Source: an uncultured Candidatus Binatia bacterium (lineage in GTDB: Bacteria; Desulfobacterota; Binatia; Bin18). From it: a stretch of DNA of 64,000 bases. The notes beneath the pieces are model-generated. The model was not told the DNA's origin. It saw only the letters and a list, made by a program, of their open reading frames with translations, and did no database searches. Where the stretch lies: NCBI GenBank assembly GCA_958296235.1, contig OY282457.1, positions 4,545,684 to 4,609,683 on the forward strand, written 5' to 3'. A program made the position numbers and the translations under genes. Positions 9,744 to 19,374 of the stretch are shown here, piece after piece. Numbering within the stretch: the first letter of the stretch is position 1; every line of letters begins with the position of its first letter.

Positions 9744-10454
9744 ATGTCAGAAAACAAAACGACGCTACCCCGCGCAGTCCCCGCGGCCACCGTTATCGTG
9801 CTCCGGGATGCGGGGAGCGGACAAAAAGGCATCGAAGTCCTGTTATTGCGTCGGAATGCGAAAACGGCCTTTCATGGTGGAGCCTGGGTGTTCCCTGGCG
9901 GGCATATTGATCCCGAAGATCATAATCCAGATGCGCCGGACGATATGCTGGCCGCTGCCCGGCAGGCCGCGGTCCGCGAGGCCGCGGAAGAAGCCGGCCT
10001 CAGCCTCGCAACAGAGACCTTGCTTTATTTTTCACACTGGACCACACCGCTGATTCGCCCGAAGCGTTTTTCAACCTGGTTCTTCGTTGCCCAGGCCGGT
10101 GGGGATGCCGTCCAGGTCGACGGCACAGAAATCAGTGACCATGCCTGGATGCGCCCACATGAGGCGCTGGAGGCGAGGCAGGCTGGCGAGATTGAGCTGC
10201 CGCCGCCAACATTTGTTTCGCTGACGAAGCTCTCTGCTTTTAGCGCTGCCAAGGACGCGCTTGCCTATGTCAGCGGACGTGAGCCGGACACTTTTTTTCC
10301 TAAGCTTGAGAAAGTCGAGGGCGGCTATTGTTCGCTATACCACGGCGATGCCGGCTACGAATCCTCGAAGGTCGCCGCGCCGGGAAGGCGGCACCGGTTA
10401 TGGATGCTCAAAAGTGGTTGGCGCTATGAGCGTGCGCGGCAGGGTGCCGGCTGA
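9744..10454 (+). CDS. NUDIX hydrolase (NUDT19-like)
   Basis: VFPGG...AAVREAAEEAG Nudix box, HWTTP...KRFSTWFF. Confidence 0.88.
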   Translation: MSENKTTLPRAVPAATVIVLRDAGSGQKGIEVLLLRRNAKTAFHGGAWVFPGGHIDPEDHNPDAPDDMLAAARQAAVREAAEEAGLSLATETLLYFSHWTTPLIRPKRFSTWFFVAQAGGDAVQVDGTEISDHAWMRPHEALEARQAGEIELPPPTFVSLTKLSAFSAAKDALAYVSGREPDTFFPKLEKVEGGYCSLYHGDAGYESSKVAAPGRRHRLWMLKSGWRYERARQGAG

Positions 10455-10485
10455 GATCTGTTGCATTTTTCAGGAGGCCATGAAC

Positions 10486-10680
10486 ATGGCGGTGTCGTTC
10501 TCAAAAATTACAGATGTCTTTGGAGCAGAAATCGAGGGCGTGGATATCGCGGCTGGGGTCAGCGAAACGGCCATGGGCGACATCGTCGATTTATTTAACG
10601 AATACTCCATCCTGATTTTCCACGGTCAGAAAATACACGACGCGCAGCAGAACAGCAGCACATACGGCCGAGTCCGCTGA
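10486..10680 (+). pseudogene. 5' stump of a TauD/TfdA family dioxygenase
   Basis: FGAEIEGVDI...LFNEYSILIFHGQ.I...QQ is the TauD N-terminus; good SD; ends after 64 aa. Confidence 0.75.
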
Positions 10681-10710
10681 CCGCCTCCCTGACCAGAGGC
10701 TTGCCCCTGG

Positions 10711-10729
10711 TGATATCATTTTGATATCA
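10711..10729. promoter_or_regulatory. Tandem TGATATCA palindromes, probable autoregulatory operator of the TA operon
   Basis: TGATATCA-TTT-TGATATCA ending ~30 bp before the antitoxin ATG; resembles RHH/FitA-type boxes. Confidence 0.7.
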
Positions 10730-10757
10730 ATACGAACAAATACCGGAGGTGGCGCGT

Positions 10758-10994
10758 ATGGCTCAGGTACTTGTGCGAAACCTGGACGAACAAACTGTTG
10801 CTCAACTGAAGAAGCGGGCTGGCGGGAACGGACGCTCCCTCCAGGCTGAGTTGAAGCTGTTACTCGAACAAGCGGCCCGGCCTGATGGGATGGATGCGTG
10901 GCTGAGGGTTAAGCAGTTTCGAGCAAAAATGAAAAAGTCGCGGCGAACTTTCACTGATAGCGCGCCGCTTATCCGAGAGGACCGGAAACGGTGA
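10758..10994 (+). CDS. FitA-like ribbon-helix-helix antitoxin
   Basis: MAQVLVRNLD...LKKRA..NGRSLQAE, C-terminal DSAPLIREDR; overlaps toxin start (GTGA). Confidence 0.88.
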   Translation: MAQVLVRNLDEQTVAQLKKRAGGNGRSLQAELKLLLEQAARPDGMDAWLRVKQFRAKMKKSRRTFTDSAPLIREDRKR

Positions 10995-11416
10995 GCGCCT
11001 ATGTTGTTGATACCAGCGTTGCCGTTAAATGGTTCTTGCCAGAAATCCACAGTGAGGCGGCCCTGCGGCTCCATGCCCCAACGCATCAACTGCACCTCCC
11101 CGCATTCTCGATTGTAGAATTTGGAAACGTCCTGTGCAAAAAGGTCAGACGCAACGAGGTAACGATTGCGGAAAGTGAATCCATATTTGCTTTGTTTCAA
11201 AGACTTCCCTTGTCCATTCACCCGGATAAAGAATCTTTAGCCCTCGCCTTCGATCTGGCTCATTTGACTCAACGCAGTCTGTACGATTGCCTCTATTTGG
11301 CGCTCGCTATCAGGCTGACGGGAGAAATGGTCACCGCGGACAGGAAATTCTTCACTGCGCTCAATGGGAGTGCATTTGACTCCCATCTCTGTTGGGTGGA
11401 AAGTGTACCAGAATGA
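10991..11416 (+). CDS. vapC: PIN-domain toxin VapC
   Basis: VVDTSVAVKW, EFGNVL, SLYDCLYLALA, VTADRK. Confidence 0.92.
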   Translation: MSAYVVDTSVAVKWFLPEIHSEAALRLHAPTHQLHLPAFSIVEFGNVLCKKVRRNEVTIAESESIFALFQRLPLSIHPDKESLALAFDLAHLTQRSLYDCLYLALAIRLTGEMVTADRKFFTALNGSAFDSHLCWVESVPE

Positions 11417-11463
11417 GGCTTAGGCGAGCGATAAGAAGCAGCTTGCCGTGAGATACGCGTCCA

Positions 11464-11652
11464 TCATTCCCCGTTCAGCGCTGGCTCAGGCTTAATGACC
11501 TCGGCCCCAAGGTCACTCAGAATCCGGGTGCCGGCTGGACCGGCTCAGGCATGGGTACAGGCGAGTCCGGTAATCCCGCTGAGTAGCTTTGAACGGTCTG
11601 GATTGGACGCTGCCCTGTCAGTTCTCCCTGTGGTTATTCCGCCGGCTGTCAT
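11464..11652 (-). pseudogene. 5' stump of a CaiB/BaiF (class III) CoA-transferase with internal stop
   Basis: Reading through the TGA at 11545-11547 gives LLSGITGLACTHA*AGPAGTRILSDLGAEVIKPEP...GE*. Confidence 0.75.
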
Positions 11653-11755
11653 CTCATCTGTTTCCGCCCCGGCCACGAATGGACGGCTCTCGTGTTTCTC
11701 TATATATCTCGTGTGGATAGTGCAAAAGTCAACGCAATGAAGAAAGGACACACGG

Positions 11756-12667
11756 ATGCGCATTGGTATGATGATCGGCGAAGGAGCGGGCGAATCGCCC
11801 AGCATGGATGAAGTGATTCGGCGGGCGCAGCGCGCTGAGGAGGTCGGGCTCGACACGGGCTGGCTGGCGCAGATTTTCTCACACGACGCCATTAATCTGC
11901 TCGCCTTGGTGGGCCGGGAGACCACACGGATCGAACTCGGAACGGCTGTCGTGCCGACCTATCCGCGCCATCCCGTGGTAATGGGCCAGGCCGCACTGAC
12001 CACCCAAGCGGCCTGCCAGGGGCGCTTTACGCTGGGAATCGGGCTGTCGCATCAAATGGTGATCGAGGGCATGTTCGGCATGTCGTATACCCGCCATATG
12101 GCGCATATGCGCGATTATCTGAGCATTTTGAAACCGGTATTGCGCGGCGAGGCAGTAAAGTACCAAGGCGAAGAATATCGCGCCAATCTTGAGGTCGCGG
12201 TCCAGGGGGCCGACCCGGTCCCGCTCGTGCTGGCCGCGCTCGGACCCAAAATGCTTGACCTGTGTGGGCGGGAGGCCCAGGGGACCGTCACTTGGATGGC
12301 CGGCCATAAGGCGCTCAAAGACCATGTTGTCCCGCGGATCACCGCGGCGGCCCAAGCCGCCGGCGCGCCGGCGCCGCGCGTCATTGCCGGGGTGCCTATG
12401 GCCGTCACCAATGATCGGCAAAACACTCGTGAAGTGGCGGCAAAGGTCTTCGCCATTTACGGCCAGCTGCCGGCCTACCGGGACATGCTGGATCGAGGGG
12501 GAGCTCAGGCTCCGGTTGACATGATTCTGGCCGGCGACGCCGGTGTTCTCAAGGATGAGGTCAAACGCCTGGAAGATATCGGCGTCACCGACCTGTGCGC
12601 CTTTGTTTTTCACGCCGATGCCACGGCCTTTGAGCGCACTGTCGATTTCCTGGGTTCGCTGAACTGA
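11756..12667 (+). CDS. LLM-class, probably F420-dependent, oxidoreductase (TIGR03564-like)
   Basis: IELGTAVVPTYPRHP, LGIGLSH, AALGPKML. Confidence 0.85.
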   Translation: MRIGMMIGEGAGESPSMDEVIRRAQRAEEVGLDTGWLAQIFSHDAINLLALVGRETTRIELGTAVVPTYPRHPVVMGQAALTTQAACQGRFTLGIGLSHQMVIEGMFGMSYTRHMAHMRDYLSILKPVLRGEAVKYQGEEYRANLEVAVQGADPVPLVLAALGPKMLDLCGREAQGTVTWMAGHKALKDHVVPRITAAAQAAGAPAPRVIAGVPMAVTNDRQNTREVAAKVFAIYGQLPAYRDMLDRGGAQAPVDMILAGDAGVLKDEVKRLEDIGVTDLCAFVFHADATAFERTVDFLGSLN

Positions 12668-12674
12668 ACGGCCA

Positions 12675-14141
12675 TTGCTCGCGGGGACAGTCAGCGTGAA
12701 AACTCTTGCCCGCAGCCTCCTGGGCCTGCTCGTGCTGAGTGTCGCCTACACGGGTGGGTACGCTTTTCTGTTGGCCGGCCACGAGCGAGCCGTCCAGCGC
12801 GCGACCCTGCAACAGGCCATATTTTTCTCTCTGGTCGGCGCGGGGAACAGGGGCGCGCTTGAAACCGGCATGCAGATGTTTGACCGGGTCCGCAGACTGG
12901 AGATTCAAGCCGCTCCCCGTTTTGTGGACTTTCTGTGGCAGGCTCCCGAAACTGACACGCCGAACGCGCGCGTTCTTGAGGACTGGGCCGAGCGTTTCTT
13001 TTCTTCCTGTGAAGCCACAGTCTGTCAGAACCTGTCTCTGAGCGGGCTCAATCTCCAGGGCATACGCCTGAGCGGCGCCCGTTTAGTCCGGGCCGATTTA
13101 AGCGCAAGTAACTTACAGGCGGCTGATCTCTCAGAAGCGGATTTGAGCGAGGCCGACCTGCGCGGGGCGAATCTGACCGGGGCGCGCCTGGTTGGAACGC
13201 GCCTGCGCTATGCCAATTTTCTGGATGCCCAGCTAACCCAGGCCGACCTGGAGCGCGCGAACCTGTCAGATGCCGAGCTCCACGGCGTCAATCTCAGCCA
13301 CGGTAATCTCCAATGGACGAAGCTGAACCGGACCAATCTGACCGGGGCGAATCTGGCTGGAGCCAATCTGTACGGCGCTGACCTGCGCGGCGCGAAGCTC
13401 GAAGGGATTCAACTGCCTGGGGCCATTCTGGTGGGGGTCGACCTCATTGGCGCCGGCCTCATAGCAGCGGACCTGCAAGGGGCCGATCTTGAAGAGGCCG
13501 ACCTGATTGAAGCCAGGCTGCGTGGCGCAAATCTGGCCGGAGCGAACCTGAAGGCGGCCAACCTGCATAAGGCGCACCTGTTTCAAGCCAATCTGAGCCA
13601 GGCCACGCTGGTGAGCGCGGATCTGTTTCAAACCAATCTGGTGGGCGCAACCCTGGTCGGCGCTGACCTGAGCGGGGCGGAACTAAAACAGACCGACTTC
13701 AGCGGAGCAAACCTGCAAGGGGCGAAGCTGACCGGGGCGAATCTGGCTGGGGCCGAGCTGTCCGGCGCGAAGATCGACACCCACACCCGATTGGACGAAA
13801 AATGGCGTCTGGTCTGGGATATCGTCAACGAGAAGGGCAAAGTGACGCATCTGGCCGGCGCCAACCTGCGTGATGCGGCCCTGGCCGGCGTGACCTTGGA
13901 GGGCGCTGACCTGAATGGGGCCGACCTGAGCGGAGCCATCCTGCGCTATGCCATCCTCACCGGAGCCGATATGACCGGCAGTTCGCTGCAACGGGCGGAT
14001 TTGTACGAGGCCGACCTGGCCGGGGCAAATCTGGCCGGCGCTGATTTAAGCGGGGCGCAGGGACTGACCAGAGAACAGCTCGAATCTGCCCAGACGTATA
14101 CGGCCGCGCGTCTGCCCGACTATCTCAACGGGCGGAAGTAA
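12675..14141 (+). CDS. Membrane-anchored or exported pentapeptide repeat protein
   Basis: N-terminal hydrophobic helix, then long A(D/N)LxG repeat runs; start may be GTG 12696. Confidence 0.9.
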   Translation: MLAGTVSVKTLARSLLGLLVLSVAYTGGYAFLLAGHERAVQRATLQQAIFFSLVGAGNRGALETGMQMFDRVRRLEIQAAPRFVDFLWQAPETDTPNARVLEDWAERFFSSCEATVCQNLSLSGLNLQGIRLSGARLVRADLSASNLQAADLSEADLSEADLRGANLTGARLVGTRLRYANFLDAQLTQADLERANLSDAELHGVNLSHGNLQWTKLNRTNLTGANLAGANLYGADLRGAKLEGIQLPGAILVGVDLIGAGLIAADLQGADLEEADLIEARLRGANLAGANLKAANLHKAHLFQANLSQATLVSADLFQTNLVGATLVGADLSGAELKQTDFSGANLQGAKLTGANLAGAELSGAKIDTHTRLDEKWRLVWDIVNEKGKVTHLAGANLRDAALAGVTLEGADLNGADLSGAILRYAILTGADMTGSSLQRADLYEADLAGANLAGADLSGAQGLTREQLESAQTYTAARLPDYLNGRK

Positions 14142-14172
14142 GCCAGCATGGAGAGACCGTTCGTCAGCCCAG

Positions 14173-14258
14173 CAGGCTCAGGGCCACCCTCTCCCGCTGG
14201 GAGAGGGGTTGGGGTGAGGGCGAAACAGCGCCCTGGGCCGCTGAACAACTTAATTTGC
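14173..14258 (-). repeat. Partial copy of the inner MITE/REP element at 19113-19308
   Basis: Reverse complement shares GCAAATTAAGTTGTTCAG.GGCCCAGGGCGCTGTTTCGCCC and GGGAGAGGGTGGCCCTGAGCCTG. Confidence 0.85.
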
Positions 14259-14263
14259 GTTGC

Positions 14264-15469
14264 CTACTTCGCGTTGGGCTGCCCTTGGGCGACATCGGCG
14301 ATAGCCAGCCGATAGCCGGTGTCTTTTTCGTAGCGCTCGATTTCCTTTGCCACGGCGTCCATCGCCCCACCAATCAGCGTGTCGTGGTCTGTCCGACACC
14401 ACTCCCTGGAAGCGACGGCTCGATCAGCGGAACTCTGGACATGGGGAAAGACTTCTTTGGCCAACAGCTCATACGAATTGAGACAGGCCTGACGCTCGGC
14501 CCAGTCATTGGCCATCAGCATATAGCACCCAAAACCACCGGACTGTTTTGTCAGCCGTTCGAGCTGAGCGACCGCATCGTCCGGCGTGCCAATGACGGCC
14601 GTTCCAGACTCAACCAGCGCGTGGGGCCATTTGCGTGGGTCTGTTTCCTCAGGGGCGAGGGGCAGGGCCACCACGTTTCGGAAGTAATCGATCCAGTCAT
14701 AAATGCCGTACTCCACCTCTTTGAAAGCCTGCTCGCGGGTGGGCGCGATGTGCATTGGCCCAACCAGACGCCAGGCTGATCGATCAACTGTATGCCCGTA
14801 CTCTTTGGCCTGGTCATTCCAGACCTTCCAGTGATCGCCCAGAACGGCAAAGCCGCCCATGCTGGTCGCGCCCAGTGAAAGCAGGCCGGCGCCATAGCGG
14901 CCCGCAGTCCGGGGACCGGCCGGCGACACGGTTGCGGCAACCGCAATTTCAAAGTGCGGATAGGTATACGGCCGGAGCTGAAGGCGGGCATCTTTCAGCG
15001 TGAACCAGTCGGTTTCCATATTGACCGGTTCGTCCGAGGTCAGGAGCTGTATGATAGCGCCTAGCGACTCTTCCATGCGTAGGCGTTGCGTGTCCGGCGG
15101 TATGCCCATCATATACGCGTCCGACGGCAGGGCCCCCGGACCAACGCCGAACATGGTTCGCCCGCGCGTCATATGGTCGAGCTGGACAATACGGTCGGCC
15201 AGGATCAACGGATGGTGGTAGGGCAGGGAGCTGACGCCGGTGCCTAAGCGAATATGGTTTGTCCGCTGGGCTGCCGCGGCAATAAACACCTCGGGCGAGG
15301 CAATGATTTCCAAGCCGGCCGAATGGTGCTCACCGACCCAGGCTTCGTCATAGCCGAGCTCGTCCAGGCGAACGATCAGTTCCAGGTCACGCTCAAGAGC
15401 AAGGGTGGGGTTCTGACCCGCGGGGTGAAACGGAGCCATAAAAATACCAAAACGTAACGGGCGTTCCAT
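14264..15469 (-). CDS. LLM-class flavin-dependent monooxygenase (limonene monooxygenase-like)
   Basis: FGIFMAPFH, WVGEHHS, GVGPGALPSD. Confidence 0.88.
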   Translation of the reverse strand: MERPLRFGIFMAPFHPAGQNPTLALERDLELIVRLDELGYDEAWVGEHHSAGLEIIASPEVFIAAAAQRTNHIRLGTGVSSLPYHHPLILADRIVQLDHMTRGRTMFGVGPGALPSDAYMMGIPPDTQRLRMEESLGAIIQLLTSDEPVNMETDWFTLKDARLQLRPYTYPHFEIAVAATVSPAGPRTAGRYGAGLLSLGATSMGGFAVLGDHWKVWNDQAKEYGHTVDRSAWRLVGPMHIAPTREQAFKEVEYGIYDWIDYFRNVVALPLAPEETDPRKWPHALVESGTAVIGTPDDAVAQLERLTKQSGGFGCYMLMANDWAERQACLNSYELLAKEVFPHVQSSADRAVASREWCRTDHDTLIGGAMDAVAKEIERYEKDTGYRLAIADVAQGQPNAK

Positions 15470-15660
15470 ACTATCCTCCAGTTCCCGAGCGTGACGGCCA
15501 GCCCTGCTGGTCAGGCTGTTATTTCAGCTCGGAGATACAGCACGAGACAATCGAACAACGGAAGAAAACCATAGCGGACTCTCTGCTGGGCCTCAATGCG
15601 CGACGTGGCGTCCCGGTTTGCAGATTCTCCCTCACCCCGAAGGGGAAGGGGCGTAGCTCT

Positions 15661-16836
15661 TCACGCCTCAAGCAAACCAAGGGCCTGATAAGTCGCGTGT
15701 TCAAATCGTTCGTACACGGGAATGGCCTTGACATCAAAAAAGGGCAAAATCTGCATCAGGATGACGCCAGTGACCCGCTTGGTCGGATCAATCCAGTAAT
15801 AGGAGTTGAAGAGGCCGGCCCAGCTCAGGCTGCCGGCGGAACGGGCCCCGGGCAGCGCGCTGGTGTTAATCAAAAACCCCAAGCCGTGTTTGTGCACGAC
15901 ACCGGGGGAGAATTTCACATCGTTGGAAAGCGGCGGGAGGGCGGTGGTCATGTCTCCGGCGGCCAGGTCGCCAATATGGTTCTCCGCCATCAGGGCAACT
16001 GTCTCGGGCTTGAGGATCTGCTGCCCGTTATGGCTGCCGGCCTTGAGCATCATCTGAACAAAGGCCAGATAGTCCGCAGCAGTGGAACTCAGACCGTGCC
16101 CGCCGCTCTGGTATTCGGCGTCGGGAGTTACCAACTCAAGCTCCGCGGGGGCGAGCGTGCCGTCTTCACCGCGCTGATGGACACTGACCGTGCGGGCCTC
16201 CTGTTCTGCCGAACGCGCAAACCCGGTATCGGTCATACCCAGCGGCTCAAAAACGTGCTGAGACAGATAGTCCCCCAAGGTGTGGCCGCTGACGGCCTCA
16301 ACCAGTTGGCCGACCCAATCCGTGTTAATTCCGTACTCCCAGCGTTCTCCCGGATCGCACACCAAGGGCATATGCAGGGCGGCCTTTTTGCCGCTGCCAA
16401 CGCCCGGTTTCCCGGTTGCTGTCTGGTATTGGCCGAGGCCGGGGTTCCAGATTTCATAGCCAAACCCGGCGGTATGGGTCAGCAGATGACGGGCGGTGAC
16501 GGGGCGTTTGGCCGGGCGGAGTTGGGGTTGGCCGGCGGCGTCAAATCCGTCCAGCACCTCAAGCTCGGCAAGTTCGGGCAGGATTTCACCCAAGGGCTGG
16601 TCAAGTCCGAATTTCCCCTGCTCGTAGAGCTGCATGGCGGCGACCGAGGCAACCGCCTTGGTCATGGACGCAATGCGAAAAACGGTGTCCGTTGTCATGG
16701 CCGGGCCGGCACCGAGCTTGCGTGTCCCAAACGCGCCGGCGTACACCGGCCCCGAGTCAGTGGCGACCGCTGCGACCACGCCCGGAATATCGCCCGACTC
16801 AACCGCTTGACTGAGGACGGCATCAATCTGCTGCAT
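15661..16836 (-). CDS. Serine hydrolase, beta-lactamase fold esterase
   Basis: SMTK (SxxK), LLTHTAG, WEYG, WAGLFNSYYWIDP. Confidence 0.9.
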   Translation of the reverse strand: MQQIDAVLSQAVESGDIPGVVAAVATDSGPVYAGAFGTRKLGAGPAMTTDTVFRIASMTKAVASVAAMQLYEQGKFGLDQPLGEILPELAELEVLDGFDAAGQPQLRPAKRPVTARHLLTHTAGFGYEIWNPGLGQYQTATGKPGVGSGKKAALHMPLVCDPGERWEYGINTDWVGQLVEAVSGHTLGDYLSQHVFEPLGMTDTGFARSAEQEARTVSVHQRGEDGTLAPAELELVTPDAEYQSGGHGLSSTAADYLAFVQMMLKAGSHNGQQILKPETVALMAENHIGDLAAGDMTTALPPLSNDVKFSPGVVHKHGLGFLINTSALPGARSAGSLSWAGLFNSYYWIDPTKRVTGVILMQILPFFDVKAIPVYERFEHATYQALGLLEA

Positions 16837-16854
16837 GGCTTTCCCTTCCTTTCC

Positions 16855-17328
16855 TTACGGTGTGGTATCCGGTGTGACTTTGATGGCTACAGTCTTGCCC
16901 GACTCCACACGGCTCACACGTGGCCGCGCAAAGCCCAACCAGGCAAGCCAGTATTTGTTGTTATAGGCTTCACCCATGCGTTCGACGATAGCCGCGTCCG
17001 TAAAAATCTCGGCTCTGCCGGTAAACACCGGACCGTCTTTTCCTCCGACGGCGATACGCACCGCGTTGCGACCGCTTGTAATACGCCTGGCTTTATACGA
17101 ACTTGGTGAGGCGGTGAGATAGAGCACCTCATCGGCATACCAGAACCAGACCGGCGCCGCGCTGCTCCACTCGCCGCTCTTGCGTGTGGTGGAAACATAG
17201 ACCTCCTTTGCCGTCTGGAGCTGAGCAATCGTATCGCTGTCCAGGGCCGATGCCGCCCGGACCATGCCCGGAATGAGTCCGGCCAGGCAGAGCGTGAGTA
17301 TCATAAGCAGTGTAGAAAAGGCAGACAT
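16855..17328 (-). CDS. Pyridoxamine 5'-phosphate oxidase (split-barrel) family protein with signal peptide
   Basis: YVSTTRKSG...PVWF, SYKARRI; hydrophobic N-terminus. Confidence 0.7.
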   Translation of the reverse strand: MSAFSTLLMILTLCLAGLIPGMVRAASALDSDTIAQLQTAKEVYVSTTRKSGEWSSAAPVWFWYADEVLYLTASPSSYKARRITSGRNAVRIAVGGKDGPVFTGRAEIFTDAAIVERMGEAYNNKYWLAWLGFARPRVSRVESGKTVAIKVTPDTTP

Positions 17329-17349
17329 CGCATCCTCCAGGTGAGAGCA

Positions 17350-18495
17350 TTATTCTGCTTCGAGCGCGTCCGACAGGCGCACGAAGGCGTTAAAAAAATC
17401 TTCTTTGAATTCCTGGACCACGGCCGCGGCGGACATCTGGCGATCCATCAGTCCGACCCCCTGGCCGACCCAATAGGTTGCCAAGTCCTTGGCCCCGGCA
17501 TGACCACTCTGAGAGAGCTTGTCCACGCGGCCCAGGGCCGGCTCAGTGACCAGGGATTGCAGCGGCATCGGCAGGGGCGCAGGGCTGTCCTCAGCCTCCC
17601 AGGCGTCTGTCCACGGAGACCTGAGTTGACGCGAATACTTGCCCGTGCGGGCTTTTGAGCGCACCGTATCGCCGGATGAGGCGTGCAGCATTTTTTCCTT
17701 GACGACCGGATTGGTTTCCGCCTCACTCGTCGTCAGCCACACCGAACCCGTCCAGACTCCTGCGGCTCCCATAGCCATGCAGGCGGCCATTTGGCGGCCC
17801 GTTACAATACCTCCTGCGGCTAAAATCGGGATATTGCCATACGACTGCATGGCTGCATGAATTTCGGGAATCAGCACCAGGGTCGAGACATCGCCGCAAT
17901 GGCCGCCGGCCTCTCCGCCGGCCGCAATCAGAATGTCCACCCCGGCTTGCGCCTGGCGGATGGCGTGCTTTTTTGCGCCAACCAGGGCGGCGACCTGCAC
18001 GCCGTGCCGTTTGCCCATCTCCAGCATAATGGTGGGCGGAACCCCCAGCGCGTTGGCCACGAGTTTGATCGGATGCGAAAAGGCCACCTCCAGGGTTTCG
18101 GCCGCGCCGCTGGCCTGCATATTCTGGCTGGCCCGGAAGGTCTCGGCGCGAAAGCTGTAGAGCCCTTCCGCCGGGATATCGTGCTGGGCCAGAATCCCGG
18201 CTGCGAACTGGAAATACTCCTGGGGAATAGCCGCCTCAACCTTGTTGCGATTCAGTCCGCCAGCGCTCACCTTGGCCATCTTGTTGGGGACAATCAGATC
18301 GATGCCGTACGGCTTGCCCTCAATGTGCGCATCAATCCAGCGCAACTCTTCTTCCAGGCGATCCGGCGGATGGGCGACCGCGCCAAACACCCCCATGCCG
18401 CCCGCCTTGGAGACTGCCACCACGACATCGCGGCAGTGGGTAAAGGCAATCAGGGGAAACTCAATGCCAAACATTTCGCAGATGGGAGTATTCAT
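17350..18495 (-). CDS. Nitronate monooxygenase family flavoprotein
   Basis: GGEAGGHCG, LAAGGI, GVWTGS. Confidence 0.9.
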   Translation of the reverse strand: MNTPICEMFGIEFPLIAFTHCRDVVVAVSKAGGMGVFGAVAHPPDRLEEELRWIDAHIEGKPYGIDLIVPNKMAKVSAGGLNRNKVEAAIPQEYFQFAAGILAQHDIPAEGLYSFRAETFRASQNMQASGAAETLEVAFSHPIKLVANALGVPPTIMLEMGKRHGVQVAALVGAKKHAIRQAQAGVDILIAAGGEAGGHCGDVSTLVLIPEIHAAMQSYGNIPILAAGGIVTGRQMAACMAMGAAGVWTGSVWLTTSEAETNPVVKEKMLHASSGDTVRSKARTGKYSRQLRSPWTDAWEAEDSPAPLPMPLQSLVTEPALGRVDKLSQSGHAGAKDLATYWVGQGVGLMDRQMSAAAVVQEFKEDFFNAFVRLSDALEAE

Positions 18496-18520
18496 GCTGG
18501 TCCTCTTTTCATATCCAGCC

Positions 18521-18886
18521 CTATTTCTTTTCCTTCTTCTCCAGGTCGCGCAAAAACTGAATGTTCAACTCAAGTTTTTCCCCCAGCCACAGGGCGCGGT
18601 GCGAGTGGTCGGCCACATCGTCCTCAGTCCGTGGATGAATAAGGACGTTGAGACCGGAATGATTCAACATCAACCAGGGAACGAGGCTCTCAAACTGCTC
18701 CGGCTGAAAGGCGACCTGATACATGGCTTGCGGATGCGGTCCCACCGGCTTGTCGCGCCAGCGGCCCATTTCAACCTCGAATTGATCGCTGATGGCTGCA
18801 CGGATGCCCGCCGCGGTCGCGCGGGTGGACTCATCATAATACACATGCGCGTGGAACCCTTTGATTTCGCTTTTGTCCTGTTGCAT
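18521..18886 (-). CDS. DOPA 4,5-dioxygenase family protein
   Basis: FHAHVYY, PVGPHP, VLIHP...DH..RALWLG. Confidence 0.9.
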   Translation of the reverse strand: MQQDKSEIKGFHAHVYYDESTRATAAGIRAAISDQFEVEMGRWRDKPVGPHPQAMYQVAFQPEQFESLVPWLMLNHSGLNVLIHPRTEDDVADHSHRALWLGEKLELNIQFLRDLEKKEKK

Positions 18887-19003
18887 GGGGCCTCCCTTTA
18901 TGCTCCGGTTTATTGAGTGCCACACGGGCCATACGTCACCGCCTGCTGATTATTGACTCAAGTCTGTGGTTTATGCCGGTCTAAAGCAAGTCCCTCAACA
19001 TGC

Positions 19004-19359
19004 GGTCGTGTCTCAGTTTTACATCCCCCGCCCCCGCTGCCGGCTCAGCGCCCCCCCACCCTGACCCTCCCCCTCAGAGGGGGGAGGGGATATTTATTCC
19101 CTCTCCCTCCAGACGTGTGGTGCAAATTAAGTTGTTCAGTGGCCCAGGGCGCTGTTTCGCCCCGCTCCCAGCGGGAGCGGGGCGCTTGTCTTTCCTTTGT
19201 CTTTCCCTCTCCCCTGGAGGGAGAGGGTGGCCCTGAGCCTGTCGAAGGGCCGGGTGAGGGGGCCGACGGACCGCCCGGGGGGTCTGCGACACAATGTGCA
19301 TCACACGTTCCAGGAGAGAGGGGTAGGGTGAGGAGGAAAATGCAAACTGGGACACTACC
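19004..19359. mobile_element. Non-autonomous MITE, outer element copy 1
   Basis: TIRs GGTCGTGTCTCAGTTT / AAACTGGGACACTACC; perfect 8-bp TSD CAACATGC (18996-19003, 19360-19367). Confidence 0.88.
19113..19308. mobile_element. Nested inner MITE copy 1
   Basis: TIRs ACGTGTGGTGCA / TGCATCACACGT; 5-bp TSD TCCAG; contains REP-like CCCTGAGCCTGTCGAAGGG. Confidence 0.82.
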
Positions 19360-19374
19360 CAACATGCGTGACGG

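Noticed and set aside
10442-11536. 12-bp match GGGTGCCGGCTG on both sides of the vapBC region as a TSD
   Set aside because: Both copies lie inside coding or pseudogene sequence rather than at the cassette edges; likely chance in GC-rich DNA
11545-11547. In-frame TGA in the CoA-transferase fragment as possible selenocysteine or readthrough
   Set aside because: The position is usually a hydrophobic residue such as W or L (xxWAGP) and the frame stops again 27 codons later; a nonsense mutation in a pseudogene is simpler
15697-17109. Long 470-aa + strand ORF and similar antisense ORFs (e.g. 54485-55465, 20452-21264)
   Set aside because: Shadow ORFs opposite well-supported genes, expected at high GC
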